NCBI GenBank assembly: GCA_040876835.1
Contig: JBBDOX010000010.1
Location: 8,230-72,229 of the forward strand
Length of the DNA: 64,000 nt
Origin: Candidatus Anderseniibacteriota bacterium
Lineage (GTDB): Bacteria > Patescibacteriota > Andersenbacteria > UBA10190
Direction of reading: 5' to 3'
Below, in pieces: positions 11,209-19,985 of the stretch (within the stretch, counting starts at the first letter, position 1; each line of letters begins with the position of its first letter). The translations under genes and the position numbers were made by a program. The notes under the pieces are model-generated. The model saw only the letters and a list, made by a program, of their open reading frames with translations. It did no database searches and was not told where the DNA came from.

Positions 11209-12495
11209 ATGAGTGTTAGCCCTAAATCTACAGCCTTAGCGATTCTGGTTATTGTAAGTGCAGCCTCACTGTTAGGATTCGGCTGCCGTAGACCTCAGGG
11301 GGGTTTGGGAGATAGCACCTCTCAGAAACTTGTAGTGTGGGGCTTATGGCAGGAGAGTGCTGATATGGATGCTGTTGTTAAGGCTTTTCAGGAGCAGACC
11401 GGAGTTGGCGTCGAGTACAAAAAAATTGGGTCAGTAGCTACGTATGAAAAGACCCTCCTTGGTGCATTGGCCGAAGGGCGAGGTCCGGACGTATTTGTGA
11501 TCCATCATACCTGGATAGAGGGCAAGCGCGGACTATTGAGTCCTGCCCCTAGTGAAGTGATTAATCTACGGCAGTTAAAAGATGAATTTGTATCAGTTGT
11601 TGAGGAGGATGTTGTTCGCGACGGCCTCATATATGCTTTGCCGACTTCGGTAGACACGCTGGGCTTGTATTACAACCAGGATTTGTTAAGTGCTGCCGGA
11701 GTAGCCCGCCCACCACGGACCTGGCAGGATTTTCAGCGGACAATAGAAAGTATTACTAAAGTTTCGCGCCTTGGTATTATCGAGCAAAGCGGAGCAGCTA
11801 TAGGCACGGCTTCTAATGTAAACCGTGCTGGAGACATTCTTCAGCTTCTCATGATCCAGAGCGGACTTGATGTTATAGGCAGCACGGGGCGAATTGATAT
11901 TGATAATGAGGCTGGGGAAAAAGCTCTTATTTTCTACACAGATTTTTCAAATAAGTCGAAGAAAGTATATACGTGGGATCTGACACAAGATTTTTCAATT
12001 GATGCGTTTGCAGCGGGTAAAACTGCCATTATGTTGAATTACTCATATCATCTACCGACGCTAAAAGCGAAAAACCCTCGATTGAGATTCGGAATTGCTC
12101 CTATGCCGCAGATTGCTGACAGTACTCCTGTTACTTTCGCAAGCTACTGGCCGTTTGCTGTTTCTCCCTCTTCACAGGCACCACAGGCTGCCTGGCAGTT
12201 TGTGCGCTTTTTGACCAGTGCTCCCATTGCGCAAATCATTAATGACGCCCAGGGGGCGCCGCCAGCTCTCCGGGAGAGTATCGTAGCGGCTCGTTCTAAT
12301 CCAGAGCTGGGAGTATTTGCCGATCAGGCCCTTCTAGCAACCAGTTGGCCACGGGTTGATATCGTCGCCACAGATGCTATTTTTAATGCTATGATAGATG
12401 AAGTTGTGACGGGGTCGATCACGGTTAAGGATGCTCTCCGTCGCGCTCAAGATCAGCTTCAGCAGCTAATACCAAACGATGCAAATCCTTCCTAA
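11209..12495 (+). CDS. Extracellular (sugar-type) solute-binding lipoprotein
   Basis: Lipobox LLGFGC, GRGPDVF, IYALP...DTLGLYYNQDL, PPRTW, FAAGKTAIM. Confidence 0.88.
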   Translation: MSVSPKSTALAILVIVSAASLLGFGCRRPQGGLGDSTSQKLVVWGLWQESADMDAVVKAFQEQTGVGVEYKKIGSVATYEKTLLGALAEGRGPDVFVIHHTWIEGKRGLLSPAPSEVINLRQLKDEFVSVVEEDVVRDGLIYALPTSVDTLGLYYNQDLLSAAGVARPPRTWQDFQRTIESITKVSRLGIIEQSGAAIGTASNVNRAGDILQLLMIQSGLDVIGSTGRIDIDNEAGEKALIFYTDFSNKSKKVYTWDLTQDFSIDAFAAGKTAIMLNYSYHLPTLKAKNPRLRFGIAPMPQIADSTPVTFASYWPFAVSPSSQAPQAAWQFVRFLTSAPIAQIINDAQGAPPALRESIVAARSNPELGVFADQALLATSWPRVDIVATDAIFNAMIDEVVTGSITVKDALRRAQDQLQQLIPNDANPS

Positions 12496-12829
12496 AAACA
12501 AACACCTTCTTCTTGCTACTGCCAGTATGTGGGTCTTGCCGCTTATGGTTGCTGCTGCCGGAATAGAGAATCCTATCAAAGGAACCGAAACTATTCAGGC
12601 TGTGCTTATAAACTTCATTCAATGGCTGCTGAGACTTGTAGGTTTATTAGCTTTAGGGGCGTTGGTGTGGGGAGGCATTCGGTTTACGGTGTCGTTTGGT
12701 AACGAAGCAGCTGTTAAATCTGCCAAGCAGATCATCACGTGGGCAGTTGTTGGTTTGATAACCGTGATACTATCGTACGCGATTGTTAATATTGTAAAAC
12801 GGTTCCTAAGCGGACCAGTAGCGGGGTAG
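12479..12829 (+). CDS. VirB2/TrbC-like pilin 1
   Basis: Signal-like N-terminus, TM-GG..F..S.G-basic linker-TM (AKQIITWAVVGL). Confidence 0.8.
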   Translation: MQILPKNKHLLLATASMWVLPLMVAAAGIENPIKGTETIQAVLINFIQWLLRLVGLLALGALVWGGIRFTVSFGNEAAVKSAKQIITWAVVGLITVILSYAIVNIVKRFLSGPVAG

Positions 12830-12832
12830 TAT

Positions 12833-13171
12833 ATGGCCGATCCAGTTAAACCAGGTACAAGTTTTTTTGAGGATGGTCTAACCAAGGCTAAAAATGTTGA
12901 CCCAACTCTGGGTGGTGTGGCGGACGGGATAGAGACTACGCTCCTAGAGAATATTATTAATTGGCTATTATCGATATCCGCTGTGTTAGCACTGCTGGCT
13001 CTCGTAGTTGGTGGAATGATGTATATCATCTCCTTCGGCGATGAAGCGAAGGTAAAAAAAGCAAAAAGTATTATTATTTACGCCATTACCGGTTTGATTG
13101 TTGTTGGTATTTCATTCTTCATTATCAACACAATCAAGGAGTTCTTGACGGTTAAGCCACCAAATCCATGA
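12833..13171 (+). CDS. VirB2/TrbC-like pilin 2
   Basis: GGMMYIISFGDEAKVKKAKSIIIYAITGL. Confidence 0.82.
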   Translation: MADPVKPGTSFFEDGLTKAKNVDPTLGGVADGIETTLLENIINWLLSISAVLALLALVVGGMMYIISFGDEAKVKKAKSIIIYAITGLIVVGISFFIINTIKEFLTVKPPNP

Positions 13172-13587
13172 TTATCAAACACACGGCTGTGTTAATAGGA
13201 ATGGTGTCTCTTCTTTGTTTCGCTGGGCTTACTTCAGTGAGCGTGTATGCTGCCGATGGAGATGACGAAAAACCTGCCACAGGTTTTTTAAAGGGATTTG
13301 GAACCGTTAACAAAATTGCCAGCGATAGTGGTGTTCAGAAAGACCAGAACCTGAGCCAGGTCATCCTGCGTATTACAGGAATGATTGTTGCTCTTGTCAG
13401 TGTTGTGGCCCTGGCCATGGTTATCATTGGAGGGTTCCTGTACTTAATTTCTGGTGGTCAGGAGGACAAGGTAAAGAAGGCAAAAAACCTCATCTTGGCT
13501 GCTATTATTGGAATAGTTATTGTTGGTGTTGCGGGCTTAGTTGTTAACTTTGTTGTTAATATTTTTGTAGCTGCTCCTAAAGGCTAG
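13168..13587 (+). CDS. VirB2/TrbC-like pilin 3
   Basis: GGFLYLISGGQEDKVKKAKNLILAAIIGI; ATGA overlap with pilin 2. Confidence 0.82.
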   Translation: MIIKHTAVLIGMVSLLCFAGLTSVSVYAADGDDEKPATGFLKGFGTVNKIASDSGVQKDQNLSQVILRITGMIVALVSVVALAMVIIGGFLYLISGGQEDKVKKAKNLILAAIIGIVIVGVAGLVVNFVVNIFVAAPKG

Positions 13588-13592
13588 TGATC

Positions 13593-14006
13593 ATGAATAT
13601 AAAATTTCTTAAATATATATCAGTGTTTTTAATAGCATTTTCTTTGGTTGCAGGTCTTGGTTCGGCTGCCTTCCTCTCTTCTTCAGTCGTATACGCTCAA
13701 AATAACAACAATGCCAAGAAATTTGGACCTGTTAATTGTGGTGATCTGGGTATTCAATGTGATACCGATGCGAATGAAACTAAAGTTATCGCTATCATTC
13801 AAAAAGTCATCAACGTTTTTCTGTCCATTATTGCTATCATTGCAGTGGGAATGTTGATATACGGAGGCGTGCTATTCCTGACGTCTGCGGGTGATGAAAC
13901 AAAAACCAAGCAGGCAAAAAATCTCATTTTGTATGTTGTTGTGGGGCTGATAGTCATTGGTCTTTCAGCAGTGATTGTGAACTTTACTATTAATGCGATC
14001 AGGTAG
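13593..14006 (+). CDS. VirB2/TrbC-like pilin 4 (Cys-x6-Cys loop)
   Basis: GGVLFLTSAGDETKTKQAKNLILYVVVGL. Confidence 0.82.
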   Translation: MNIKFLKYISVFLIAFSLVAGLGSAAFLSSSVVYAQNNNNAKKFGPVNCGDLGIQCDTDANETKVIAIIQKVINVFLSIIAIIAVGMLIYGGVLFLTSAGDETKTKQAKNLILYVVVGLIVIGLSAVIVNFTINAIR

Positions 14007-14010
14007 CCCT

Positions 14011-14385
14011 ATGAGTGAAAAGCAGTTATTTCGCGCGCTGCGATCAATCATGTTTGTAAGCACTGTTGGAGTGCTTACTCTGATTGTGTTCCCGGCCGCC
14101 GCCAAGCTGGATGAGGTACCTCCTGGAGCCTGTAGTACCTGGAATATTGTCTGTGGGAGCGATCTAGGAGGGGCTATCTATGGCATAATCAATACCTTCC
14201 TTGTTCTTGTTGCTGTTGTTGCGGCAGTGTTTGTTGTCATTGGCGGATTTCAGTTTATAACTTCATCGGGAGACGAAACTCAGGCAACAAAAGGTAAAAA
14301 GACTCTTTTATACGCAACAATCGGACTGATTGTCGTTGGACTGTCAGCCGCAATAGTTAACTTCGTTCTTTCGTCGTTTGGTTAA
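14011..14385 (+). CDS. VirB2/TrbC-like pilin 5 (Cys-x6-Cys loop)
   Basis: GGFQFITSSGDETQATKGKKTLLYATIGL. Confidence 0.82.
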   Translation: MSEKQLFRALRSIMFVSTVGVLTLIVFPAAAKLDEVPPGACSTWNIVCGSDLGGAIYGIINTFLVLVAVVAAVFVVIGGFQFITSSGDETQATKGKKTLLYATIGLIVVGLSAAIVNFVLSSFG

Positions 14386-14647
14386 GGAGTGGTACAATAC
14401 GGACATGCGAAAGTCTGTAGAAACATACAGCGCCCTGACTATACTATTACTTTTTGTACCCTTCTTCGTACAAGCTCAAGGCTTAACAAAAGCTGTGCCC
14501 TTTGCCGGTACAGCCCAAACTCCTCTCATTGGGGCTGTTCAGACTATTATCAATGTACTTTTGATGCTGATCGCCATTGTGGCAGCAATTTACCTGATTG
14601 TTGGCGGACTGCAGTTTATAACTTCATCGGGAGACGAAACTCAGGCA
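14251..14647 (+). repeat. Identical 36-bp direct repeat shared by pilins 5 and 6 (14251-14286 and 14612-14647)
   Basis: cagtttataacttcatcgggagacgaaactcaggca occurs in both genes. Confidence 0.95.
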
Positions 14648-14752
14648 GGAAAAGGCAAGAAAAATATCCTGTATGCAGTTATCGGGCTTATTGTTGTGGG
14701 ATTGTCTGCAGCAATAGTTAACTTTGTAATTGACGCTATCGCCTTAGCCTAG
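14405..14752 (+). CDS. VirB2/TrbC-like pilin 6
   Basis: GGLQFITSSGDETQAGKGKKNILYAVIGL; preceded by tgg-TACAAT-6nt-ATG. Confidence 0.82.
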   Translation: MRKSVETYSALTILLLFVPFFVQAQGLTKAVPFAGTAQTPLIGAVQTIINVLLMLIAIVAAIYLIVGGLQFITSSGDETQAGKGKKNILYAVIGLIVVGLSAAIVNFVIDAIALA

Positions 14753-14791
14753 GTGATAGTTTCTTCTCTACTACTAAGGAGGTGAGGGAGT

Positions 14792-15145
14792 ATGAAAATT
14801 AAGAATTGGTTCCAAAACAGTATTCTTCCAGCATTGGTACTAGCCGCACCTTTCCAGGCGCTGGCCGTTGGATTGACGGGTGATAATTTCGATTTTGCGG
14901 GAGACGCAGATTCTGATCTTATTACCGCTATCGAGAATATTATTAACTGGGGCTTGATGCTTGCGGCACTTGTGGCTGCAATCTTCCTCATTATCGGTGG
15001 CATTCAATACATCACCTCGCAGGGAGATGATACCAAAGCTGAAACGGCAAAAAATACCATTTTGTTCGCAGTTATTGGTCTGATTGTTATTGGCTTAGCT
15101 GCCGCTATCGTACGATTTGTCATTCAGGCAATTAACGTAGCATAA
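14792..15145 (+). CDS. VirB2/TrbC-like pilin 7 (probable major subunit)
   Basis: GGIQYITSQGDDTKAETAKNTILFAVIGL; strong SD AAGGAGGTGA upstream. Confidence 0.85.
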   Translation: MKIKNWFQNSILPALVLAAPFQALAVGLTGDNFDFAGDADSDLITAIENIINWGLMLAALVAAIFLIIGGIQYITSQGDDTKAETAKNTILFAVIGLIVIGLAAAIVRFVIQAINVA

Positions 15146-15163
15146 GCTTAGAACCAGAATCGA

Positions 15164-15199
15164 AAGAAAGCCGGCTCTGCAAAGACCGGCTTTCTTGTT
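15164..15199 (+). terminator. Intrinsic terminator of pilin array
   Basis: aagaaagccgg...ccggctttctt hairpin followed by T-rich run. Confidence 0.8.
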
Positions 15200-15215
15200 G
15201 TGATATGATTAACAT

Positions 15216-15434
15216 ATGAGTAACATTCCTTTCCTTGTTTACCCCATTAACGGCATTTTGCTTATTGTCGTGTTGGTAGCTGGAGTCTTGTTATTAAAAA
15301 ATGCGAGTCTTTATAACTACGCTGTTGGAGATGACGCCAAGCAGGCAGTGTTGAAATACAAGGTTCTTAAGCTCATTGTTCTGATTTCCGGAATTGCTTT
15401 TGCCGCCGCTGTTTTCAATCTTCTGACTTTATAA
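15216..15434 (+). CDS. Small two-TM protein, possibly a degenerate pilin
   Basis: TM-GDDAKQAVLK-TM layout resembling the pilin linker; TATGAT-6nt-ATG. Confidence 0.6.
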   Translation: MSNIPFLVYPINGILLIVVLVAGVLLLKNASLYNYAVGDDAKQAVLKYKVLKLIVLISGIAFAAAVFNLLTL

Positions 15435-15487
15435 AAAAGAATCCCCCGAGCGAAGCAGGCGCACAATGGCGTTGCTTCACTCGGGGG
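15433..15487 (-). terminator. Intrinsic terminator of GC-rich islet A
   Basis: cccccgagcgaagca...tgcttcactcggggg hairpin with U-tract on the minus strand. Confidence 0.8.
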
Positions 15488-15492
15488 TGTTG

Positions 15493-16542
15493 TCACCGGG
15501 GCTGTACGAGTCGAACGACTTCGACGCGTACTCCCTGCGGTAGGGCAGGGATGCCTACGGTGACTTCTGCAGCCGTTGCTCCGGCGAGCGAGCTGCCCTC
15601 AAGCTCTATCGGCAGAATTTCTGTTTCTGCCGCATAGAGCTTCTTCTCGACCACCGCGCCGTTGTCACCGAACAGGCGCAGCGTTACTGGCAGGTCGAGC
15701 GCCAGACCCCCCGCTTCCATGGGGAGGTAGTGCTTTTCCGCCGGCACCGTCTCTGTGGCCGGGTACTTTATCGTCACATGGAGTGTGACGAGGTACGCTG
15801 CCGGGTCCGGAATGAACCGGTAGCTCGCCACGCCGGCTCTTCCAGACCCGACGGTCACTTCGTCCGCGAAGCGGAGTCGCTTTGACGGGTCGCTTTCGTC
15901 CCCGTACTCAACCGTCATAGTAGCGAACGCGTCTTGGGCGTGATTCACCATTGCCTGGAAAGCAACGATGATCATGCTCCAACCTTCTACTTCCGTCCCG
16001 CGGAACCGCAAGTTCCCGGGCTCAGAAGCTCTTCTCTCCTCCCCGTTGACCCAGACCCAAAAGCTCGAGTGGTAATCGTCGAGGGTCATCGTGACCCACT
16101 TACTTACTGGCTCGAGCAGAGCCATGTTCGCTGGTGTCCCTTGGGGGGGACCCTTCTTGTTTCCCCGAACGGGGTACTGAACAGAGACCCGCGTAGGAAT
16201 CTCCGTGGGGACGAGGAGGTTCGGTGAGGTCCTCACCCGCGCCAGGCGAGTAAGCCTAGCGCTTTCCTCGGGCGAGAACTGCTGCTTGGAGGTAGGCCTT
16301 GCGTTGCTGCCGTTAGCTTGGGCAGCTGGCTCGGCGTACGCTGCGAGGAGAACTAAGGCCCCCACAGCTGCGAACACCACGCTTGCCACCAATCCCCAAC
16401 CAACGATCCCTCCCTTGCCGGAGAAGAAACTCTTGCCTCGGCTGTAGTGCATGATGGTGATAGCCGCCACCAGCGTGGTCAAGGCCGCCACCAGCAGCGC
16501 GCCGAACGTAAGTGCGAAAGTCAGCATGTTGGCTCCTTTCAT
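15493..16542 (-). CDS. Hypothetical membrane-anchored protein (2 N-terminal TMs, beta-rich extracellular part), GC-rich islet A
   Basis: 349-aa ORF overlapping the upstream gene by 4 nt; GC-rich codons. Confidence 0.7.
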   Translation of the reverse strand: MKGANMLTFALTFGALLVAALTTLVAAITIMHYSRGKSFFSGKGGIVGWGLVASVVFAAVGALVLLAAYAEPAAQANGSNARPTSKQQFSPEESARLTRLARVRTSPNLLVPTEIPTRVSVQYPVRGNKKGPPQGTPANMALLEPVSKWVTMTLDDYHSSFWVWVNGEERRASEPGNLRFRGTEVEGWSMIIVAFQAMVNHAQDAFATMTVEYGDESDPSKRLRFADEVTVGSGRAGVASYRFIPDPAAYLVTLHVTIKYPATETVPAEKHYLPMEAGGLALDLPVTLRLFGDNGAVVEKKLYAAETEILPIELEGSSLAGATAAEVTVGIPALPQGVRVEVVRLVQPR

Positions 16543-17576
16543 GGAGTCTTCTTTGGGGGGTTGTCTTGCTTGCCCGTTGTGCGCTGACCGCGCGCCATGC
16601 GGGCGAGGGGGGCAAGAATGTCAACGACGCCATCACCGGCCGCAAAGATGTTGAACGTCTCGGCCTGTTTGAGCGCCTCGTAGCCGAGAACTTGGTCAGC
16701 GGACACGCCGGTTCTCCTGCTGATCTCCGCAACGCGGAGACCTTCCGCTTTTCCTTCGTTTCTGCGGATTCCGGGAAGAGCCAGCGCCTTCAAGTACTCC
16801 GGGTTATCCGTGAGCACCTGGGTGACGATGATGTCCACCCCGTTCCTCGACAGAACGCTTGGGCCATTAAAGGCCCGGTTGAAGTTGGTCTTGCTGCGGA
16901 CGAGGATGCCCGCTTGAGCAAAAACCGACTCTTCTTCTGCCAGCTCAAGGCCGAGCAGCCTCTCGAAATCCGCAAGGCGCCCAGCAATGTTGGTAAACTT
17001 GCTCTGGCAGGCAACCTTGCGCACGTTTTCCCAAACGACGTCCTCGGTGGCATCGAGGATCGCCCGTGTAATACACGGTTGATCCGTGTCGTACGACACC
17101 CGCTTCTCTTCTCCTGTCACGGGGTCGTAGGAACTTCGGTAAGTCGTCGGCCGCTTTTCTGCCAGATTCTTTCCAAGGCCGAGGACATTGATCCGCCGGA
17201 TAAAAAGATCCAGGCGGGCGTCCAAGCGGATGGTGATTGTCACCCGCAGGACAAGCGGAAGCATGTCCTTGTCGTAGACCTCCGTCGGCCGGTAGCGCAA
17301 CTGAATGTCCGTTGTCGGGAAGTAAACTCCCGATGCAAACGGAGGAACGAGGACCGCGATGTTGAACCCCAGGATGCCCAGGCGGGCGTCCTTATTCAAC
17401 CCGTGCTTCTCGGCATACTCTGCTGGCACGTAAACGTGCCGGTAGTCGCCGAAAATAAAGGTTGCGAGATACATATCGCTCTCCCACTGCCAGACTCCCG
17501 TGAAGAGGATGTAGGCGACGCCTACGACGAAGAGCCACAGAAACACACCGAGAAGGACCACAGACAAAAGACTCAT
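16539..17576 (-). CDS. SPFH/band-7-like membrane protein, GC-rich islet A
   Basis: N-terminal TM, PPF..VYFPT...L....VYDKD.....V.ITIR pattern typical of SPFH domains, C-terminal RRNEGKAEG coil; SD AAGGAG before ATG 17576. Confidence 0.55.
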   Translation of the reverse strand: MSLLSVVLLGVFLWLFVVGVAYILFTGVWQWESDMYLATFIFGDYRHVYVPAEYAEKHGLNKDARLGILGFNIAVLVPPFASGVYFPTTDIQLRYRPTEVYDKDMLPLVLRVTITIRLDARLDLFIRRINVLGLGKNLAEKRPTTYRSSYDPVTGEEKRVSYDTDQPCITRAILDATEDVVWENVRKVACQSKFTNIAGRLADFERLLGLELAEEESVFAQAGILVRSKTNFNRAFNGPSVLSRNGVDIIVTQVLTDNPEYLKALALPGIRRNEGKAEGLRVAEISRRTGVSADQVLGYEALKQAETFNIFAAGDGVVDILAPLARMARGQRTTGKQDNPPKKTP

Positions 17577-17647
17577 GGTATCGCTCCTTGCTTGAGGTTG
17601 GTAAAAGGGCAGTAGATCGGCCGAAACTACTCCAGTCAGTAACCTAC

Positions 17648-17677
17648 TTTTATATATCAATAATCGTAACTTGTCAA
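17648..17677 (-). promoter_or_regulatory. Sigma70-type promoter of islet A
   Basis: Minus strand TTGACA-17-TATAAA. Confidence 0.7.
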
Positions 17678-17714
17678 TACCATTACAGTTATAATGGCTC
17701 AACAAAGGTAAAGG

Positions 17715-17798
17715 TGCGGATGAGAGGACTTGAACCTCCACGGGCTTGCGCCCACATGGTCCTAAGCCATGCGCGTATACCAATTCCGCCACATCCGC
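17715..17798 (-). tRNA. tRNA-Leu(TAG)
   Basis: GCGGATG/CATCCGC acceptor stem, CATGG-CT-TAG-GA-CCATG anticodon arm, long variable arm. Confidence 0.96.
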
Positions 17799-17857
17799 TT
17801 ATACTGTGATTCCTAGAATCTTTCTAATAATACCTAAATGGCCGTAATTTGCACGTT

Positions 17858-18937
17858 TTAGGCCGATACGGCTACATGCCGACGAGGAACAACAGAATCT
17901 AGAGGAATACGTTTGGTAGTCGGATAGTGGTAGAGAGTTGAATACTCCTCATAAATGCGCTTCCAGCGAAAGTGGGCCTGGGCGCGCTTTGCTGCCTTTT
18001 TACTCAACACGCTTGCAGAGTCAGCTTTTTTAAGAGTTTTCCGTAGTAGTCCGCTTAGAGTATCGCTATCTCCCTGCATAACAATATTTGCAGTCGTTCC
18101 CACTATTTCTTCTAGGGCAGGGCTGGCAACGGCAATAATGGGACGTTGACCATGCATAGCCTGAAGAAGTTGCTCGTCCGCAGATAAAGCAATAACTACT
18201 GTGGCTTGATGGATCAGCGATACAACAGCTCGGTTTCCCAGGGAGTTAATGTTTACTAGAAACGGGTATTTACGTTTTAAACGGGCAAATTCAGCCATCT
18301 TACCGACAGTAACGAGCTTTTTACGGGTTTTGAGTTGCTTGTATGTCTGGGCAATCCACTCAACATCCTTGGGCGTAGAAGCCGTAGTCAGGGCATATTG
18401 GTTCTTACGCAGCTTCCATGCAGTAGCGGGAATCAAAGGCAGTTCTGAAGGAGTATAGCCATCGGGAATATATGTTACTCGCAAGCCGAGCTGTACTAGC
18501 AAAAGGTACTGTAGATGACGGCCTGGGGTAGTAATAGCATCAAATGCGCGAGTGTTCAGCCATGCTGTAAATCTTGCTCTGCGCCATGTTTTTGGTAGTT
18601 CGGAAATCGTCCATACATACGTGCTTTCCGGGCTTAGTAAAACTGCAAAGCGTACTAACCGTGCCGCTTTCCAGTTTTGAATATGAATAACATCAGGCCT
18701 TTGACGCCAGATTTGCCATAAAATCCCTACTGAGGCTGGCAATAATCGCCGTGGACGATAAAGTTGTGCCGTTTGTATAAACCGGAGGGAATTGGGGGTA
18801 TAACCTCGTTCGCAGACTACGGTTACAGAGTGGCCTTGTTGGCTTAAGTGCGAAACAAGAGCTTCTACCCGTTTTTCGGAGGTATCAGAAGGGTTTTGGG
18901 CGGGAAGGCCTTTCTGGCCAATAAAGAGAATATGCAT
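17858..18937 (-). CDS. GT-B (GT4-like) glycosyltransferase, divergent
   Basis: MHILFIGQKGLP, L...GHSVTV, PDVIHIQ, IPDG, F.WKRI..EY..LY. Confidence 0.75.
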   Translation of the reverse strand: MHILFIGQKGLPAQNPSDTSEKRVEALVSHLSQQGHSVTVVCERGYTPNSLRFIQTAQLYRPRRLLPASVGILWQIWRQRPDVIHIQNWKAARLVRFAVLLSPESTYVWTISELPKTWRRARFTAWLNTRAFDAITTPGRHLQYLLLVQLGLRVTYIPDGYTPSELPLIPATAWKLRKNQYALTTASTPKDVEWIAQTYKQLKTRKKLVTVGKMAEFARLKRKYPFLVNINSLGNRAVVSLIHQATVVIALSADEQLLQAMHGQRPIIAVASPALEEIVGTTANIVMQGDSDTLSGLLRKTLKKADSASVLSKKAAKRAQAHFRWKRIYEEYSTLYHYPTTKRIPLDSVVPRRHVAVSA

Positions 18938-19098
18938 CACTTTTATATTAATAATCTGAAATAACAGGGGAATATAACACAAAGAAATAATGTTGACAAG
19001 AATTAGAATCTATGCATTAATACAGGGTTCACGGAAGGATAGTTTTGTTGCACGGATGGACGTTTTCACAACCAAGCAAAAGGAAAGGAGGTGCCTGA

Positions 19099-19923
19099 AT
19101 GGTACCCGCTCCGAATGGAGGGAATGCTGGTCACCAACCAGATACCTCCGTCAACAAGCTGGAAGTCGCGATCGCACAGGCAATGCAACGCCTGTTCGAA
19201 GCGCACGGAAGCTGTACGGTACGCGAAATTCGGGAGGAGCTGATCTCTCAGGGATTCTCCCAGGTGGAGGCATCTTCGAATTTGATCACGCCCCGAGTTC
19301 GTGAAAACATTACCATTGGCCGTCTGGTACGGGAAGGTACGCGTCATTCGCAAGACACCGGAAAGCGCTACTACCCCACCAAGAAATGGTCGAGCAACCC
19401 CCGCGTAAAGCGGTTGCTCAAACAAGTTTCCAACCCCGAGCCCCAGAAGGAAGAAAGCGACATGGCTACCATCAACCCCGCTCCGGCAGCAGTCGGCGTG
19501 AGTGACCCGCAGAGTCAGCCCACTCCCGAGGAGCTGAAGGAGCTTCAAGGGAAGGTGGCGCAGTACGCGGCGCTCAACAAGGTCTGGAAGGAGCATTTGC
19601 CGGAGAGGGAATTCTCCGAGGCGACGCTCCTTCAACTGATCCAGGCGGCTGCTCATTACAGGCAGCTCGCAGAGCAGCGCCAGGACGAGAGGGATCAGCA
19701 GGCGATCGACGCCGAGGCAGCCAAGAAGACGCCCACCAAAAAGAAGATCCCCGTGTGGGGGTGGCTGGTCATCGCCCTCGTGGGCGCGGCTCTGGCCATC
19801 GGCGGCACCTTCGGGGTGACGCGCATGGCGTACAAAACCAGCGCCAAGCCCCGCGAGACACAGTCTCAGAAGTCCGACGTCGACTACAGCCGCATCAAAC
19901 AGCTCCTCGAGGAGGAGAAATAG
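19099..19923 (+). CDS. Hypothetical protein (possible N-terminal winged helix, coiled coil, C-terminal TM), GC-rich islet B
   Basis: SD AAGGAGGT before ATG; TTGACA at 18993; GC-rich codons. Confidence 0.7.
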   Translation: MVPAPNGGNAGHQPDTSVNKLEVAIAQAMQRLFEAHGSCTVREIREELISQGFSQVEASSNLITPRVRENITIGRLVREGTRHSQDTGKRYYPTKKWSSNPRVKRLLKQVSNPEPQKEESDMATINPAPAAVGVSDPQSQPTPEELKELQGKVAQYAALNKVWKEHLPEREFSEATLLQLIQAAAHYRQLAEQRQDERDQQAIDAEAAKKTPTKKKIPVWGWLVIALVGAALAIGGTFGVTRMAYKTSAKPRETQSQKSDVDYSRIKQLLEEEK

Positions 19924-19985
19924 GCACGCACAGAGAAGCAGTGTCGCTGACACACTCACCAACAAAACCCCAGAGGAGTTGAGTC

